A stretch of DNA of 64,000 nt, taken from an uncultured Chloroflexia bacterium. Lineage in GTDB: Bacteria > Chloroflexota > Anaerolineae > B4-G1 > SLSP01. A model generated the notes under the pieces. It ran no database searches and had not been told where the DNA came from. It worked only from the letters and a program-made list of their open reading frames with translations. The position numbers were made by a program, and so were the translations under genes. The stretch is taken from NCBI GenBank assembly GCA_963751345.1, contig CAVVUS010000023.1, forward strand, positions 32,001 to 96,000. Reading direction: 5' to 3'. This document shows, piece by piece, positions 32,979 through 44,353 of the stretch (its first letter is position 1; each line of letters starts with the position of its first letter).

Positions 32979-34253
32979 ATGTCACAACCGAGCGACAAGC
33001 AGATAGCGGCAGCATATGATCTGGCCAAGGCGCGCTACGCCGCGATGGGTGTGGACACCGACGCGGCACTTGACAAGCTGGCCGCGGTGCCCCTGAGCCT
33101 GCACTGTTGGCAGGGCGACGATGTGGCGGGCTTCGAGGGCCCCGAGGGTGACATTGGGGGCGGGCTCGCCGTCACCGGAAACTACCCCGGCAAGGCGCGC
33201 ACCGCCGACGAGCTGCGCGGCGATCTGGATGAGGCCTTCAGCCTGATTCCGGGCACGCACCGGCTCAACCTTCACGCGATCTATGCCGAGACCGGCGGCG
33301 TCGAGGTGCCGCGTGACCAGCTTGCAGCCCGAGCACTTCTCGCGCTGGATCGGCTGGGCGAAGGCGAACGATCACGGGCTTGACTTCAACCCGACACTTT
33401 TCGCCCACCCGCTGGCCGACGACGGCTTCACACTTTCCAGCTATGACGAGGGTACGCGTCACTTCTGGATCGACCACTGTATCGCCTGCCGCAAGATCGG
33501 CGAGGCGATGGGTAAGGCGCTTGGCACGCCTGCCGTTACCAACATCTGGATTCCCGACGGGTTCAAGGATCTGCCTGTGGATCGCGAGAAGCCACGCATC
33601 TTCCTCCGCGATGCGCTTGACGCCGTCTTCGAGGAGGAGATCGACCCACGCTACAACCTCGACGCGGTCGAGGCCAAGCTCTTCGGCATCGGCTCGGAGA
33701 GCTATGTGACGGGGTCGCACGAGTTCTACATGGGTTACGCGATCACGCGCGAAGAAGCTGTTGACCCTCGACACGGGCCACTTCCACCCCACGGAGAACG
33801 TCTACGACAAGATCTCGGCGGTGATGCTCTACCTGGATGAGATCCTGCTCCACGTAAGCCGCGGCGTCCGCTGGGACAGCGACCACGTGGTGATCCTCTC
33901 CGACCGCGTGCAGCGCCTGATGCAGGAGCTGGTCCGGGGCGACTACCTTGACCGGACGCCACATCGGCCTCGACTACTTCGACGCCAGCATCAACCGCGT
34001 CGCGGCCTGGGTCATCGGTGCACGCGGCGCGCTCCAGGCGCTGCTGATGGCCTTCCTGGAGCCGACCGAGCAACTACGCCAGTTCGACGCGGAGGGCGAC
34101 TACACCCGGCGGCTGGCGACGCTCGAGGCGCTCAAGGGGATGCCGTGGAGCGCCGTCTGGGACGCCTACTGCCTGCGGCAGGGCGTGCCCGTCGGCCTGT
34201 CCTTCATGGACGAGATCGAGACGTACGAGCGCGAGGTGCTGTCGAAGCGCTGA
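32979..34253 (+). CDS. rhaA: L-rhamnose isomerase (about 3 frameshifts)
   Basis: [69 protein letters not shown]. Confidence 0.94.
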
Positions 34254-34263
34254 ACGTCGGTTA

Positions 34264-34310
34264 ACGCAGAAGCGCCCGGGGCTCCACTCAAGCCCCGGGC
34301 GCTTCTGCGT
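34264..34310. terminator. Perfect 20-bp hairpin, probable bidirectional terminator
   Basis: ACGCAGAAGCGCCCGGGGCT-ccactca-AGCCCCGGGCGCTTCTGCGT between convergent genes. Confidence 0.75.
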
Positions 34311-34329
34311 GTTGCTTCAGTCTCTTCGG

Positions 34330-37300
34330 CTATCGTCCCCCGCCCGCTCGGTCTCTGCAGCGATAATCGTTTGACCTGGCTCTAAGGGCGCAGGGTAGAT
34401 ACACCTTGTGGGTGGCTTCTCCCACCGTTGTGCCAACCAACGTGACGGCAATGCTGCCTTCATTGATCGCACCCGACACGGGCAGGATCTCGGCAGACTG
34501 TATTCCCTCGCGCATGCTGAACGTCCAGGGTGAGGAAGGCGCCGGACTCTGTTATCGGGGAGGGGGATGCCAGCGCGACGCCGGATTGTGCCGGGGGTAC
34601 TATCGTTGACACTGATAACGTCCCCACCCAAAGTCGTAGTCGTCGTTCCCAGAAGTTCCAGCTTGCTTGGGTCGTACTCCAGTGCTACATCGATGCCCAG
34701 AGGGCCGCTGCCCCATCGGGTCGAGCGCGACGGCCACCGTCGCGCGTCCGTCACTATCAGGCGCGGTGGCCTCGACCCGCAAGGTCGCCTGTCCGCTGGT
34801 CGTCCGGTAGAGGGGCGCGTACTGCGTCCAGTTGCCCGACACGTCGCCGAGCAGCACGCCGGTGAAGTCCTGGTCGCTCTGGCTGGCCCGCAGGTCCGAA
34901 TAGGAGCGGCTGGCTGGCGTGAACTCCCAGACGTGGCTCGATCCGGGGAAGGGCACCGAGATCAAGCCTGACGGCGCTCTGCAGGATGTAGGAGGCGTCC
35001 ATCGAGCTGATGACGCCCGAGCTATCGACGTCGGCGGCATCCGCTGCATGGCCGGTTAGTGTGTGTGTCCCCGCGGCGTGCTGCAGGACCAGCGAGGCAT
35101 CGTAGGCCGTGATGCCTCGGTCGCCATCGGCCTTGGCGGGCGTGACCTCGTAGTCCCCTGCCAGCAGCCCGGTGAAGCCGTACTCGCCAACAGAATCCGT
35201 CGGCGTTGACTCGCTGTCAGCGCCGGTGAGCGAGACAGTGACGCCCTCGATGCCGGTGTTGTCGAGCCAGAAGCGCGCGGCGCCGTCGATATGGACCGTG
35301 CCGACGCTGATATAGCTGGCGCGCGTCAAGCACGTCGGTGCCACCCGGCCCCTGGGCCGTGAGGGTGACGGTGTAGGTTCCCTGGTGCGGTGTAGACGTG
35401 GCTCGGATCCGTGAGGATGCTTGTGCCGCCGTCGCCGAAGGCCCACAGGAGCGACGTATAGTCACCCGTCGACGCATTCGTGAAGGCCACGGTCAGCGGG
35501 CCGACCCCGCCGGTAGGCGTTGCCGTGAAGTTCGCATGGACAGGGTAGGCGATCTCGATCAGACCGTCGTCAAGATCCGCCGGGATCGCACCCTCGTTCA
35601 GGTCGCCCTGCGTCAGCGTGAGCGGCGAGGATTCGCCGGTGGAACCCGTTGCCCGGAACGAGAGCTTGAGGAGTTCTCCGCTGGTCTGCACCGGTGTCGC
35701 GCCTGCGATGGCGATGCGGACGACACCAGGTGTGGTCGTGTTGGCGGCCATACTCCATCCCGGGATGAGATCACCCTTTGACACTGTCGTGATGGTTACC
35801 ACGTTTGGATCGTAGGTGAAGGCGAGGTCGGCAGCGTAGACGTCGCCCGTGGACAAGGATCAGATTGAGCGGAACGGTCACGAGATCGCCCGCCAGGACC
35901 TGAGCATCGGCGAGCGAGAGCGTGGCCGCCGCGTCGACGCCCAGCGGGACCATCGCGGGTGCAAGAGGCGCCCAGTTGCCTGAGGCGTCGCCAAGCAAGA
36001 TGGCGGTGAAGTCTTGCCCCGTCTGGTCCGCAACAAGCCCGGTGTAGGAGCGGGTTTGAGGTGAGAAATCCCAGACCTTGCCTGCACCGGTGAAGGGGAG
36101 CTGGATCAGACCGCACGGCGCGCTGCAGGATGTAGAACGCGTCCATCGATGTGATCTGTCCGTTCCGGTTGACGTCGGCTGCCGTTGCCGCGATAGCCAC
36201 GTGAGCGTAGTTGAGTCCTGCTGCGTGCTGGAGGGCGAGCGATGCGTCGTAGGCGCTGATACCTTCGGTGTCATCGGACTTGCTCGGTGGCGAGCGTGTA
36301 ATCGTCCTCGGGGATGCTCGAGACACGATACGCACCTGTAGCATCGCTGGTTCCGGCGTAGATCCTGTCGCCATCCATCGTGAGTCAGCGTCCCGGAGAC
36401 CGGGGTGCTGCCGGACCAGAAGCGTACGGTGCCGGAGACGCTGTAGACCGAGGCTGACCATGAAGGTGCCGTCGTTCGTCAGCACGGGGATTGCCCCATC
36501 GTTGAAGGAGAGGCTGGTCAGTTGCAGATCGGAGGTGGCGCCGGGGTCCCCGAGGACCTCGAACTGAAGGCATGACCAGGACGCCGGCGCCGGTCACGGT
36601 GCCGCCGCCGCTGGCCATCGAGATCCGGACCTGCCCGGGTGTGCCGGTGTTGGCGACCAGGCTCCAGCCCGGCGTCAGATTACCCACGCTCGCGCCTTGG
36701 GCGCTCAGGACTGCGGCATCGATACGTGACGGTGAGATCGGCGGCTGCCAGACCCGTGACGTTGGCGACGTTGACCGGGATCTGGACGATCGCGTGCTGC
36801 CCGCCTTCCATATCCGGGAGGCCGACCGAGGCCGTGTCACTTTCATAGGCGAACCCCAGGAGGCGCGTGCCGCTCTGCGTGTCAGGGTTGGTGACGACGA
36901 CGTCGACCGTCTCGGGGAAGTGCGGCGGCGTGGTGCACGTGAGCTGCGTGCTGCTCTGCACCGTCACGTCGGAGGCTACCGCGCCGCCGAAGGTGACGCG
37001 TGGCGCCGGCCTTGAAGTTGCTACCGGTCAGCGTGACCTGCGTGCCGCCGTTCGCCGGCCCGCGGCTGGGACTGACGGCGGTGATCACCGGCTGGTCGAC
37101 CACGAGGACCTGATGCGGGAAGTCGGCGCGCCCGCTGCTGGCGATGCCGACGCCGTCGCTGGCGACGATGTAGTACTCGAGCCCCGGCGAGGCGATCTTC
37201 GAGCCCTCGATGGTGGCCGAATAGCGATTCCCCGTCGTGTGCGCCATTGCCCGGCTCGTATAGCTCGAGCCGCCGAGGGTGCGGAAGTACAGCGTGACGC

Positions 37301-40300
37301 CCTGGACAGCGACGTTGTCGGTCACGTCGGCAAAGAGCGTCAGGGCGAGTCCCGGAGGCGCCTGGGCCACCGGCGTGTGGTTGATGGTCGGTGGAATCGT
37401 GTCGATCGGTGTGGCCGTGGCGACATTGGAGAAGTCCGACTCCATCATATCGCTCTTGATGATAGTGAACTTGTAGTAGTACGGTTGCCCGGGTTGCACA
37501 TCAGTGTCTCGATAGGTTCGTTGGTCCGATGGAATGATCGAGGCGTTGATGCGGGTGTATGTGCCGTCCTGATTGGTGGTGCGGTAGAGGTTGAAGCCCG
37601 AGAGCAGATCGAAATCGTCCTGCGTCCAGGAGAGGTCGACGTAGCCCTCACCGCCCGTCGCCTGGAGGTTCATGGCTTCGGTGCCGGAGGTGATGATCTC
37701 GAAACGGAAGCGCTCCGAGTCGTCACCCGTCACCAGCCACGGATCATCGGCAGCTACGGCGCTTGCGATGCGGATCGAACTGATAGCCATCGCCAACGAT
37801 CGGGCTGACGCTGTAAGTGCCGACCCAGGTGACGGGGTTACTGCCAGTCACCGTGGATAGCGAAGTCGGTGCAAGGTACGTCAGGGCCGAAGGAGACAGC
37901 GGGTTGGACGGTGACGTCCATATCCCGATTGAACATCACCGTGAACGTAACTAGTTCTGGCGCCGACGATCGTTGCATCAGACTTGGTTGAAGTAGTGAG
38001 GACAATGTCAACGACGAAGGGATAGGTGGTTGCAGCCGGGCTACTAAGGATTGGTTGGTAGACAATGCGGGCACGGTTGAAGTCATCATTGCCGTCCAAG
38101 ATTGCTGCGTCAATAAGATTGGTTGATGTCGTGCCCCAGAAGTTTCCAGCCAGACCGAAGTAGGCTTCTCTGCTCGCTTCAATGGCTGGACTGAATCGCA
38201 TCCACTGGCTGGTGTCTGGATGCCAGTACCTTGAGAGAAAGGCATTGTCTCTGTGTGGTCCCAGTGTGACAGCATCACTACTACTACCGAATTCGTCTGT
38301 GAGCTCCCAACCTAGAGGTCTGCCTCTGGCCCCCTGCAAAAATACCGTATTGACGACCGAAGGTATGTTGCCCTTGACATTCGACTCCCAGCGATCATTG
38401 AACGGCTTGTGGAGCGAATCGACCAATACTGTGTCCATGTCGCCTGGGCCAAAGCCGTATGGATAGTCTGGGTCGTTGGGAAGCTTGTGGAGAATGGTGT
38501 CGGTCATTGAGCGGGCGTAGATACCCCATTCTCCGCTGTCGTAGTCGAAGTAGCTGTGATCTATCGATGTGATTGTCCCCACCTGTGGGTTTCGGATCTC
38601 AGTGTAATGTAGTTCCGTGGTCGCCATGTTCGTGATGTGAGTGCCTGCGCCAGCGGTTGCCCAACGGAATGATGGGAAGAGCTCTACCGGTTCCTCTACT
38701 GACCCCTGAGTGACGAGACTCCCCTCCACCTGCAGGTATGCATCCGGGTAACTGCTATATGGGTCATTCGGGTCTCCGCTCCAGAATTGCACCTGTGTCC
38801 CTTCAGTCACCGTAACGTGGCACCTCAGCCTCGATCAGCGTGGCGTCAGGGATCAGGTAGTAGTAGTCTTTGGTGAGGGTTATATCTTCACCGATAATGC
38901 GTGGCAGCTCGTGCCCGCGTTGGACGATCAGGGAGAAGCGTGATTCGAAGTGGTACGCGGTCGTGTCTGCCGGATCCAGGCCGTTACGGGCTTCCGTCAT
39001 CAGCTTGAAGGCGATGACGTGGTCGTTGGGGGTGGTGATGGCGGTCGTGAAGCGGAAGGGATTGCGGACTCCCGTGATGACGCCCTCACTATCATAGACG
39101 AAACCGTTGTCGTCGATATTGAAGCTGCCGACTGCGCCGTACGAGACCGTATCGGTGATCATAGTCACGTAGGGGTCCGGGAACTCCGCCCCCACTGCCC
39201 AGGGCTCCAGCGTGACCGTCACCGGATCGGCCTTGCCCCAGTGGTTGCGGATGACGATCGCGAGGTCGATCGTCTCGCCGGCATCGACGATGCCGTCATC
39301 GTCGTTAAACGTGCTCTGCTCGGCGGTATCGAAGAGTCCAGTGCTCAAGATAACTGAGTTCGGGCTCAGGGGCGACGGTGAGTGCATCGTAGGCGTCTAC
39401 CACAGGAGAAGCGTTGGATGCGATCTGTCCCATAATGAAGCGTGAGGAGAAGATGTCTTTGTCAGTCCATTGGTGCGGCACAGGGCGGCGATGCCGGCGA
39501 CGACCGGTGTGGCCATCGAGGTGCCGTCCCAGGCGGCGTAGCCTTCATTGGGCAGCGTACTCCACACATCCACGCCCGGCGCCAGGACCTCGTACTCGTG
39601 CGAGTCGTGGGGCACGCAGTCGTAGTTGGAGAAGGATGCTCGCCCGCCCCCGCTGGTGGACGCCATCACGCCCAGGACCCAGTTGTAGGCAGCAGGATAC
39701 ATATCTCGCCCGAGGGGGCACGGCAGGTTGGCCTTGCCATCATTGCCGGAAGCCGCGACCAACACCGCTTGTCCGAAGGCCACCGCCAGCGCGTCTTCCT
39801 CGACTTGACTTCGCGCGTAGCCCCCAAACGACATATTGATGACGTCGGCGCCCTTCTCGACAGCGTAGTAGATGGCCTCGGCGATATCAGAGCTGGCCAG
39901 GACGCCCGAGTACTGCGCGGCCTTGAGCGCCATGATCTGCACGTTATATGCCACGCCGACGCCGCCCTCGCCGTTGCCCGCCTGCGCAGCGATGATGCCC
40001 GCCACGTGCGTGCCATGGCCGTGGTCGTCCTGGGGGTCGCCGTCGGGATAGACGGTGTCGGCACCGTGGATGTCGTCAACGAAGCCATTGCCGTCGTCGT
40101 CGACGCCGGGCGTGCCGTTGAATTCCGGCACGTTCACCCACATGTTGGCCGCGAGGTCGGGATGGGTGTAGTCGACGCCGGTGTCGATGACGGCGACCAC
40201 GACGTCGCGGCTGCCGCCCGGCGCGTAGCCGTTGTCCTCTAGCCACTGCCACGCTTGCGGGACGTTGGTCGCGCCGAGATGCCACTGCTGGCTGTAGAGC

Positions 40301-41102
40301 GGATCGGTACCTGCGCCGGGCAAAGCCAACGGCGCCGCGGTTGGCACGTCAAAGGGTTCGGGCAAGACGCCGCCCTCCGGCTTGCGGAGGAAATCCGGCT
40401 CAGCGTATGCGATCTGGGGGTCGGCTTGCAGAGCCTCTACCACGGCGTAGACATCGGCGGTTTTAGCCATCGTCGCCCTGTACCACAGGGTGAGATCGGG
40501 CTCCGGGAGCTCTTTCCCGTCGGGATTCACGATTGTGGCATTCCGCTGGGGCGGCAGCGCACCGGGGAATACGCGCTCAAGGCTCTCGACGCCTTGGGCA
40601 GCCATCATTTGTTGAGCGCCGTGCTGCGGGTCCACGCGCCGGCTCGGGCAGGTTGATCGACCGTGACCTCGGGCGCGAACTTGACCAGCACCTGGCCCGC
40701 CATTGCGTCGCAGCCTCCCGGCGGACACGGGTGCTCGCGGTTGCCGAGTTCGTCAAAGGGCGAGTAAGCGTGGTCGGGAATGCCCTGGGCGGGGTCGGTG
40801 CGCTGCGGGCCATGGACGTCCGGCTGAACGCTTCCGATCGTTCCGACAAGTTGAGCTGGGTAGGCGCCCTCTTGTATTGCCGTCTCAAGCGAAGTCGTGC
40901 CCATTTCACTTGGGGGTGGGTCGCTGACTTGCGGATCTTCTTCGACGTCGTCGAGAATCGGTATCTGTCTAGACTGAGGGACGACATCGGCTGGGAGAGC
41001 TGACATCTCAGTGGAAACGTCAGCGGCTACGTAGGCATTGGCGGGTGACAAGAGTCCGAGCAGCAACAGGGCGTTGAGCGTGAGGCGTAACGGGTACTTC
41101 AC
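34330..41102 (-). CDS. Giant secreted S8 subtilase (~2200 aa) with FN3, IPT/TIG, 3 cohesin-like, 2 dockerin-like and PKD modules (many apparent frameshifts)
   Basis: Signal peptide MKYPLRLTLNALLLLGLLSPANA; S8 motifs IDTGVD, HGHGTHVAG, SGNDG, GTSMATP; cohesin-like TYDPNVV..PGVVRIAIAG..GELLKLSF; dockerin-like AYDASL..ADVNRNGQITSMDAFYILQ; PKD WAFGDG..PSHVY; fragments abut in successive frames. Confidence 0.8.
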
Positions 41103-41505
41103 TGTTCCTCCAGGTGGCTGATGGTGAGAGTGACTCGCCGCCTTATGGGAATCTAGCCTCTTCGGCAGTGAGTCAACTGGTACGAATGTTCGGGCACAGT
41201 GTCAGTGGGCCAGCGCCCCTTGCTGTAGTGGACTCGCTATCTGCGTTGTGGGGCTCAACGATCAATCTATCTTTCAGCATAGACTGCTTCAATTCGTTGT
41301 CAACAAGGCTGATATACCATCTTGATGCACGTAAAGATGTGTGGGTTTGGGCAAACGTGTCAGAACAGCATGGATTCTAGGATGATGGTGAGTGTCGAGG
41401 ATGGATAGACAAAGCAGAGAGTCCAATACTATGGCTTCTAGGCTCTCTATATCATCTGACGCCGGCGGCTTTGATCTGAGCCCTTCTTGCACGACAGGGG
41501 GTAGC

Positions 41506-42423
41506 TTAGGATCGCAGGTCGGGCATCTGCCAGGTGGTGCATGTGGCGCTGGGCATCGCATCGTACGGGTTCGCGTGTTGCCCCACCATGCGAGATCGTA
41601 GTGCAAGCAACCGCCGGACGCGTTCCTCGGTCCGCGGGTGAGTGCGGAGGAGCGAGCCGCCCTGGGTTTGGTAGGTCGGCAGTAGAAACCGGCGCAGCAG
41701 GGATTCCTGCTGCGCCTCCATCTTCTGCAGGGCGATGGCCAATGCCTCTGGGTCGCCGGTTAGCCTCACGGCTCCCAGATCTGCCTGGAACTCCCGAGAT
41801 CTCGAAAGCGCCAGTTGCAGCAGGTTGGTCAGCGTCGGGGCGGCAATCAGCAGCAGCACGCCCAACCACGGAAACGTCCGCAATCCCATCAACAGCAGCG
41901 GTAGGTTGACCAGAAATAGGAGTCGTCCCAGCGTAGCGAGCAGGCTTGTCAGTCGTCCGATGAGGGTCGCCACGCTCATCACGCGTACATCGTTGTCGCC
42001 AATGTGCGCGATCTCGTGGGCCAGGACGGCCTCGAGCTCCCTCGGGCCGAGATACCGCAGCATCCCGTCCGTCAGGGCTAGTGCGGCGTGGTCGCGGGGG
42101 CCAACGGAAAAAGCGTTCATCGCGCCGTTGGGGATGTAGTAGAGCTGGGGGGTATGTGAAAGCCCCGCCTGGTCCGCGAGTGCCTCGACCATCCTGTACA
42201 CGGTCGGTGTCTCCCATCCGGAGAGGCGCCGTGCGCCACTCATCGCCATCGCCACTTCGGGTGAGAGCCCATGCCAGAAAAGCATAAACGGGAGTGCGAC
42301 GACGATACTCCACAGAATGCCCGTTAGGCCGCCAAACAGATAGCCTAACAGTCCCAAGATCAGAAGCATTCCCGCGAACAGCAGAACGGTCTGTGCCAGG
42401 TTCCGAAGTCTATGTCCTTCCAT
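41506..42423 (-). CDS. htpX: HtpX-like M48 zinc metalloprotease
   Basis: NAFSVG, LTDGML, VLAHEIAH, SRSREFQAD, THP..EER. Confidence 0.9.
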   Translation of the reverse strand: MEGHRLRNLAQTVLLFAGMLLILGLLGYLFGGLTGILWSIVVALPFMLFWHGLSPEVAMAMSGARRLSGWETPTVYRMVEALADQAGLSHTPQLYYIPNGAMNAFSVGPRDHAALALTDGMLRYLGPRELEAVLAHEIAHIGDNDVRVMSVATLIGRLTSLLATLGRLLFLVNLPLLLMGLRTFPWLGVLLLIAAPTLTNLLQLALSRSREFQADLGAVRLTGDPEALAIALQKMEAQQESLLRRFLLPTYQTQGGSLLRTHPRTEERVRRLLALRSRMVGQHANPYDAMPSATCTTWQMPDLRS

Positions 42424-42548
42424 AGTCCCTCTACTCACTCACCGACTACGCATCCCAACCTTATTTGGTATCTTGACGCCACACCGCGATACTGCCTTAC
42501 GTGCGCCCGACCTACGCCGGGCTGCCGCTGCCGGCCCCATATATAAGA

Positions 42549-42599
42549 CATCCCTCAGCACGCTGAGGGATCTTCACGACCCCCGGACGCTGAGGGATG
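42549..42599 (-). terminator. Hairpin downstream of hsp20 with duplicated 5' arm
   Basis: Minus strand ATCCCTCAGCGT x2, then GCTGAGGGATG-TCTTAT. Confidence 0.5.
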
Positions 42600-42621
42600 C
42601 CGGCTTGTTGCGCGCTTTTGG

Positions 42622-43125
42622 TTACGACGCGTGCTTGACCGTGATCTTCCTGACGCGAGATGTCTCCGCTTTCGGCAGCGTGACGGTCAACACACCATTG
42701 TTGTAGATGGCTTCAGCCTTGTCGGCTTTCACCTCGGACGGCAACTGAACGACACGGCGGAATGAGCCGTAGCTCCGCTCCATCCGGTAGCTGTTGCCCT
42801 CTTGCTGCTCGGACTCGGTCCTCTTCTCCCCGCGGATGATCAACGTAGTGTCATCCACGCTGAGTTCGACATCGTCCTCGGTCATGCCGGGCAACTCCGC
42901 CGAGATGCGCACCTCTTTGTCGGTCTCGACAACGTCCACGCGGGGTATGAACCCCATATGGCCTTCCTCTGTCCAGATCGGCGATAGTCCGAGTTCATGT
43001 CCCAGAAGGTCATCGAACAAGCGATGCATATCTCGTTCGAAAACATCGATACCATACCCTGGCTCACTGCTCGGGCGGTCTGCGCTCCTTCTTTCGTGTC
43101 TCCAAGGAATCAGACTCATTGACAT
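42622..43125 (-). CDS. Small heat shock protein Hsp20
   Basis: PRVDVVET, AELPG, ERSYGSFRR, YNNGVLTVTLPK. Confidence 0.95.
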   Translation of the reverse strand: MSMSLIPWRHERRSADRPSSEPGYGIDVFERDMHRLFDDLLGHELGLSPIWTEEGHMGFIPRVDVVETDKEVRISAELPGMTEDDVELSVDDTTLIIRGEKRTESEQQEGNSYRMERSYGSFRRVVQLPSEVKADKAEAIYNNGVLTVTLPKAETSRVRKITVKHAS

Positions 43126-43273
43126 GTTCCTACCTCCTATCTCCCGATATGGGTGATACTCTTACTCCAACAATCTGCATGCTAGAGCGAGCACATTAGA
43201 ATGAGATAGGAGGAACATTAGAGATACCTTAGTATCGGGAGGTGGGCAGGGAGGGACAGACTGGCGACGGCAA

Positions 43274-44353
43274 CTAGCGAACGATCACCGGCGTGCCGAC
43301 CTGGCCGTTGCTCTGGATGAAGTCGTCGTCGTACCCGCCGATGGGGTACGTCCACCGGTAGACCCAGCGAGCGGCATCGATGGAGACGTTGACGCAGCCG
43401 TGGCTGCGGCGAACGCCGAAATCGTTGTGCCAGTAGGTCCCGTGGATTGCGGTGCCGCTCAGGTCAAAGAAGGTGTTCCAGGGAACGCCGGGCAGGTCGA
43501 AGATGCCGCCTGAAGAGACCTCCTCCGGCTTCATATCGGCGTAGGGTACGTTGCTCATGTGCCGTGACGCCTGTTTGAGCAGCACGCTGTGGTCACCCAC
43601 CGGGGTTGCGAGGCCGCCGCCGAGGCCGGAGGCCACCGGCGTGGTGAAGACGACCTCGTCGCCCTCGAAGCAGGTGAGGTTCTGCGCCTCGAGATCCACC
43701 TCGATGCGTTTGTCGCCGGCGAAGGGGTGGATCGGCGCCATCTCCGCGTGAGGGATGCGGCGCATGTCCTCGGCGAGGACCCACTGGTGGTTGGTGTTCT
43801 GGCGTGGAGGATAGTCGTCGGCTACCTTGTACCAGCCGGTGCCGGTCTCGTCTCGGGTAGCCTCCACGACGTGAAAGACCGTCCCGCCGTAGAAGCGGTA
43901 CTTCTGTCCTGACGTCGTGGTCGGTGCCCTGTAGGCCACCGTATAGATCTGGGATACCTCGCCCCACAATCCAAACTCGCTGAGTGTCTCCACGAACGGC
44001 TGCTTGGGATAGACCCGGACCGGCAGGACCCAAGCGCTGTGGACGAAACCCTCGTCTGTCTGGTACCAGAGGTCATTGTGGGCGGAGAAGGGGGCGTGTA
44101 CCTCGCCGGTGATCGAAAAGGACTGGTCGCGGGTGTAGGTCGCAACGCGCTCGGAGTCCGTCGATGCATCCTGGTAGACGTATACGGTCTGAATGACGCG
44201 ACCCTGGAGCTGCCAGGCATCGTTGCCGGGGGGCTCTGGTTGCAGTGGTATCCGCGAAGGTTGGGCACTGGCCAGCAGACGCGGGGAAACGACCGCGGCG
44301 CCTGCGGTGGCCGCCATCCACTTGAGCATCTGCCGACGTGTGATCTTGGTCAT
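43274..44353 (-). CDS. Tat-exported L,D-transpeptidase (YkuD domain)
   Basis: ITRRQMLK twin-arginine signal; IEVDL..Q; AIHGTYWH..SHGCVN. Confidence 0.9.
   Translation of the reverse strand: MTKITRRQMLKWMAATAGAAVVSPRLLASAQPSRIPLQPEPPGNDAWQLQGRVIQTVYVYQDASTDSERVATYTRDQSFSITGEVHAPFSAHNDLWYQTDEGFVHSAWVLPVRVYPKQPFVETLSEFGLWGEVSQIYTVAYRAPTTTSGQKYRFYGGTVFHVVEATRDETGTGWYKVADDYPPRQNTNHQWVLAEDMRRIPHAEMAPIHPFAGDKRIEVDLEAQNLTCFEGDEVVFTTPVASGLGGGLATPVGDHSVLLKQASRHMSNVPYADMKPEEVSSGGIFDLPGVPWNTFFDLSGTAIHGTYWHNDFGVRRSHGCVNVSIDAARWVYRWTYPIGGYDDDFIQSNGQVGTPVIVR

Noticed and set aside
41103-41500. Riboswitch (e.g. c-di-GMP) upstream of the giant protease
   Set aside because: Only an imperfect hairpin (41131-41175) and a GGGCAAAC on the wrong strand; the other conserved motifs are missing
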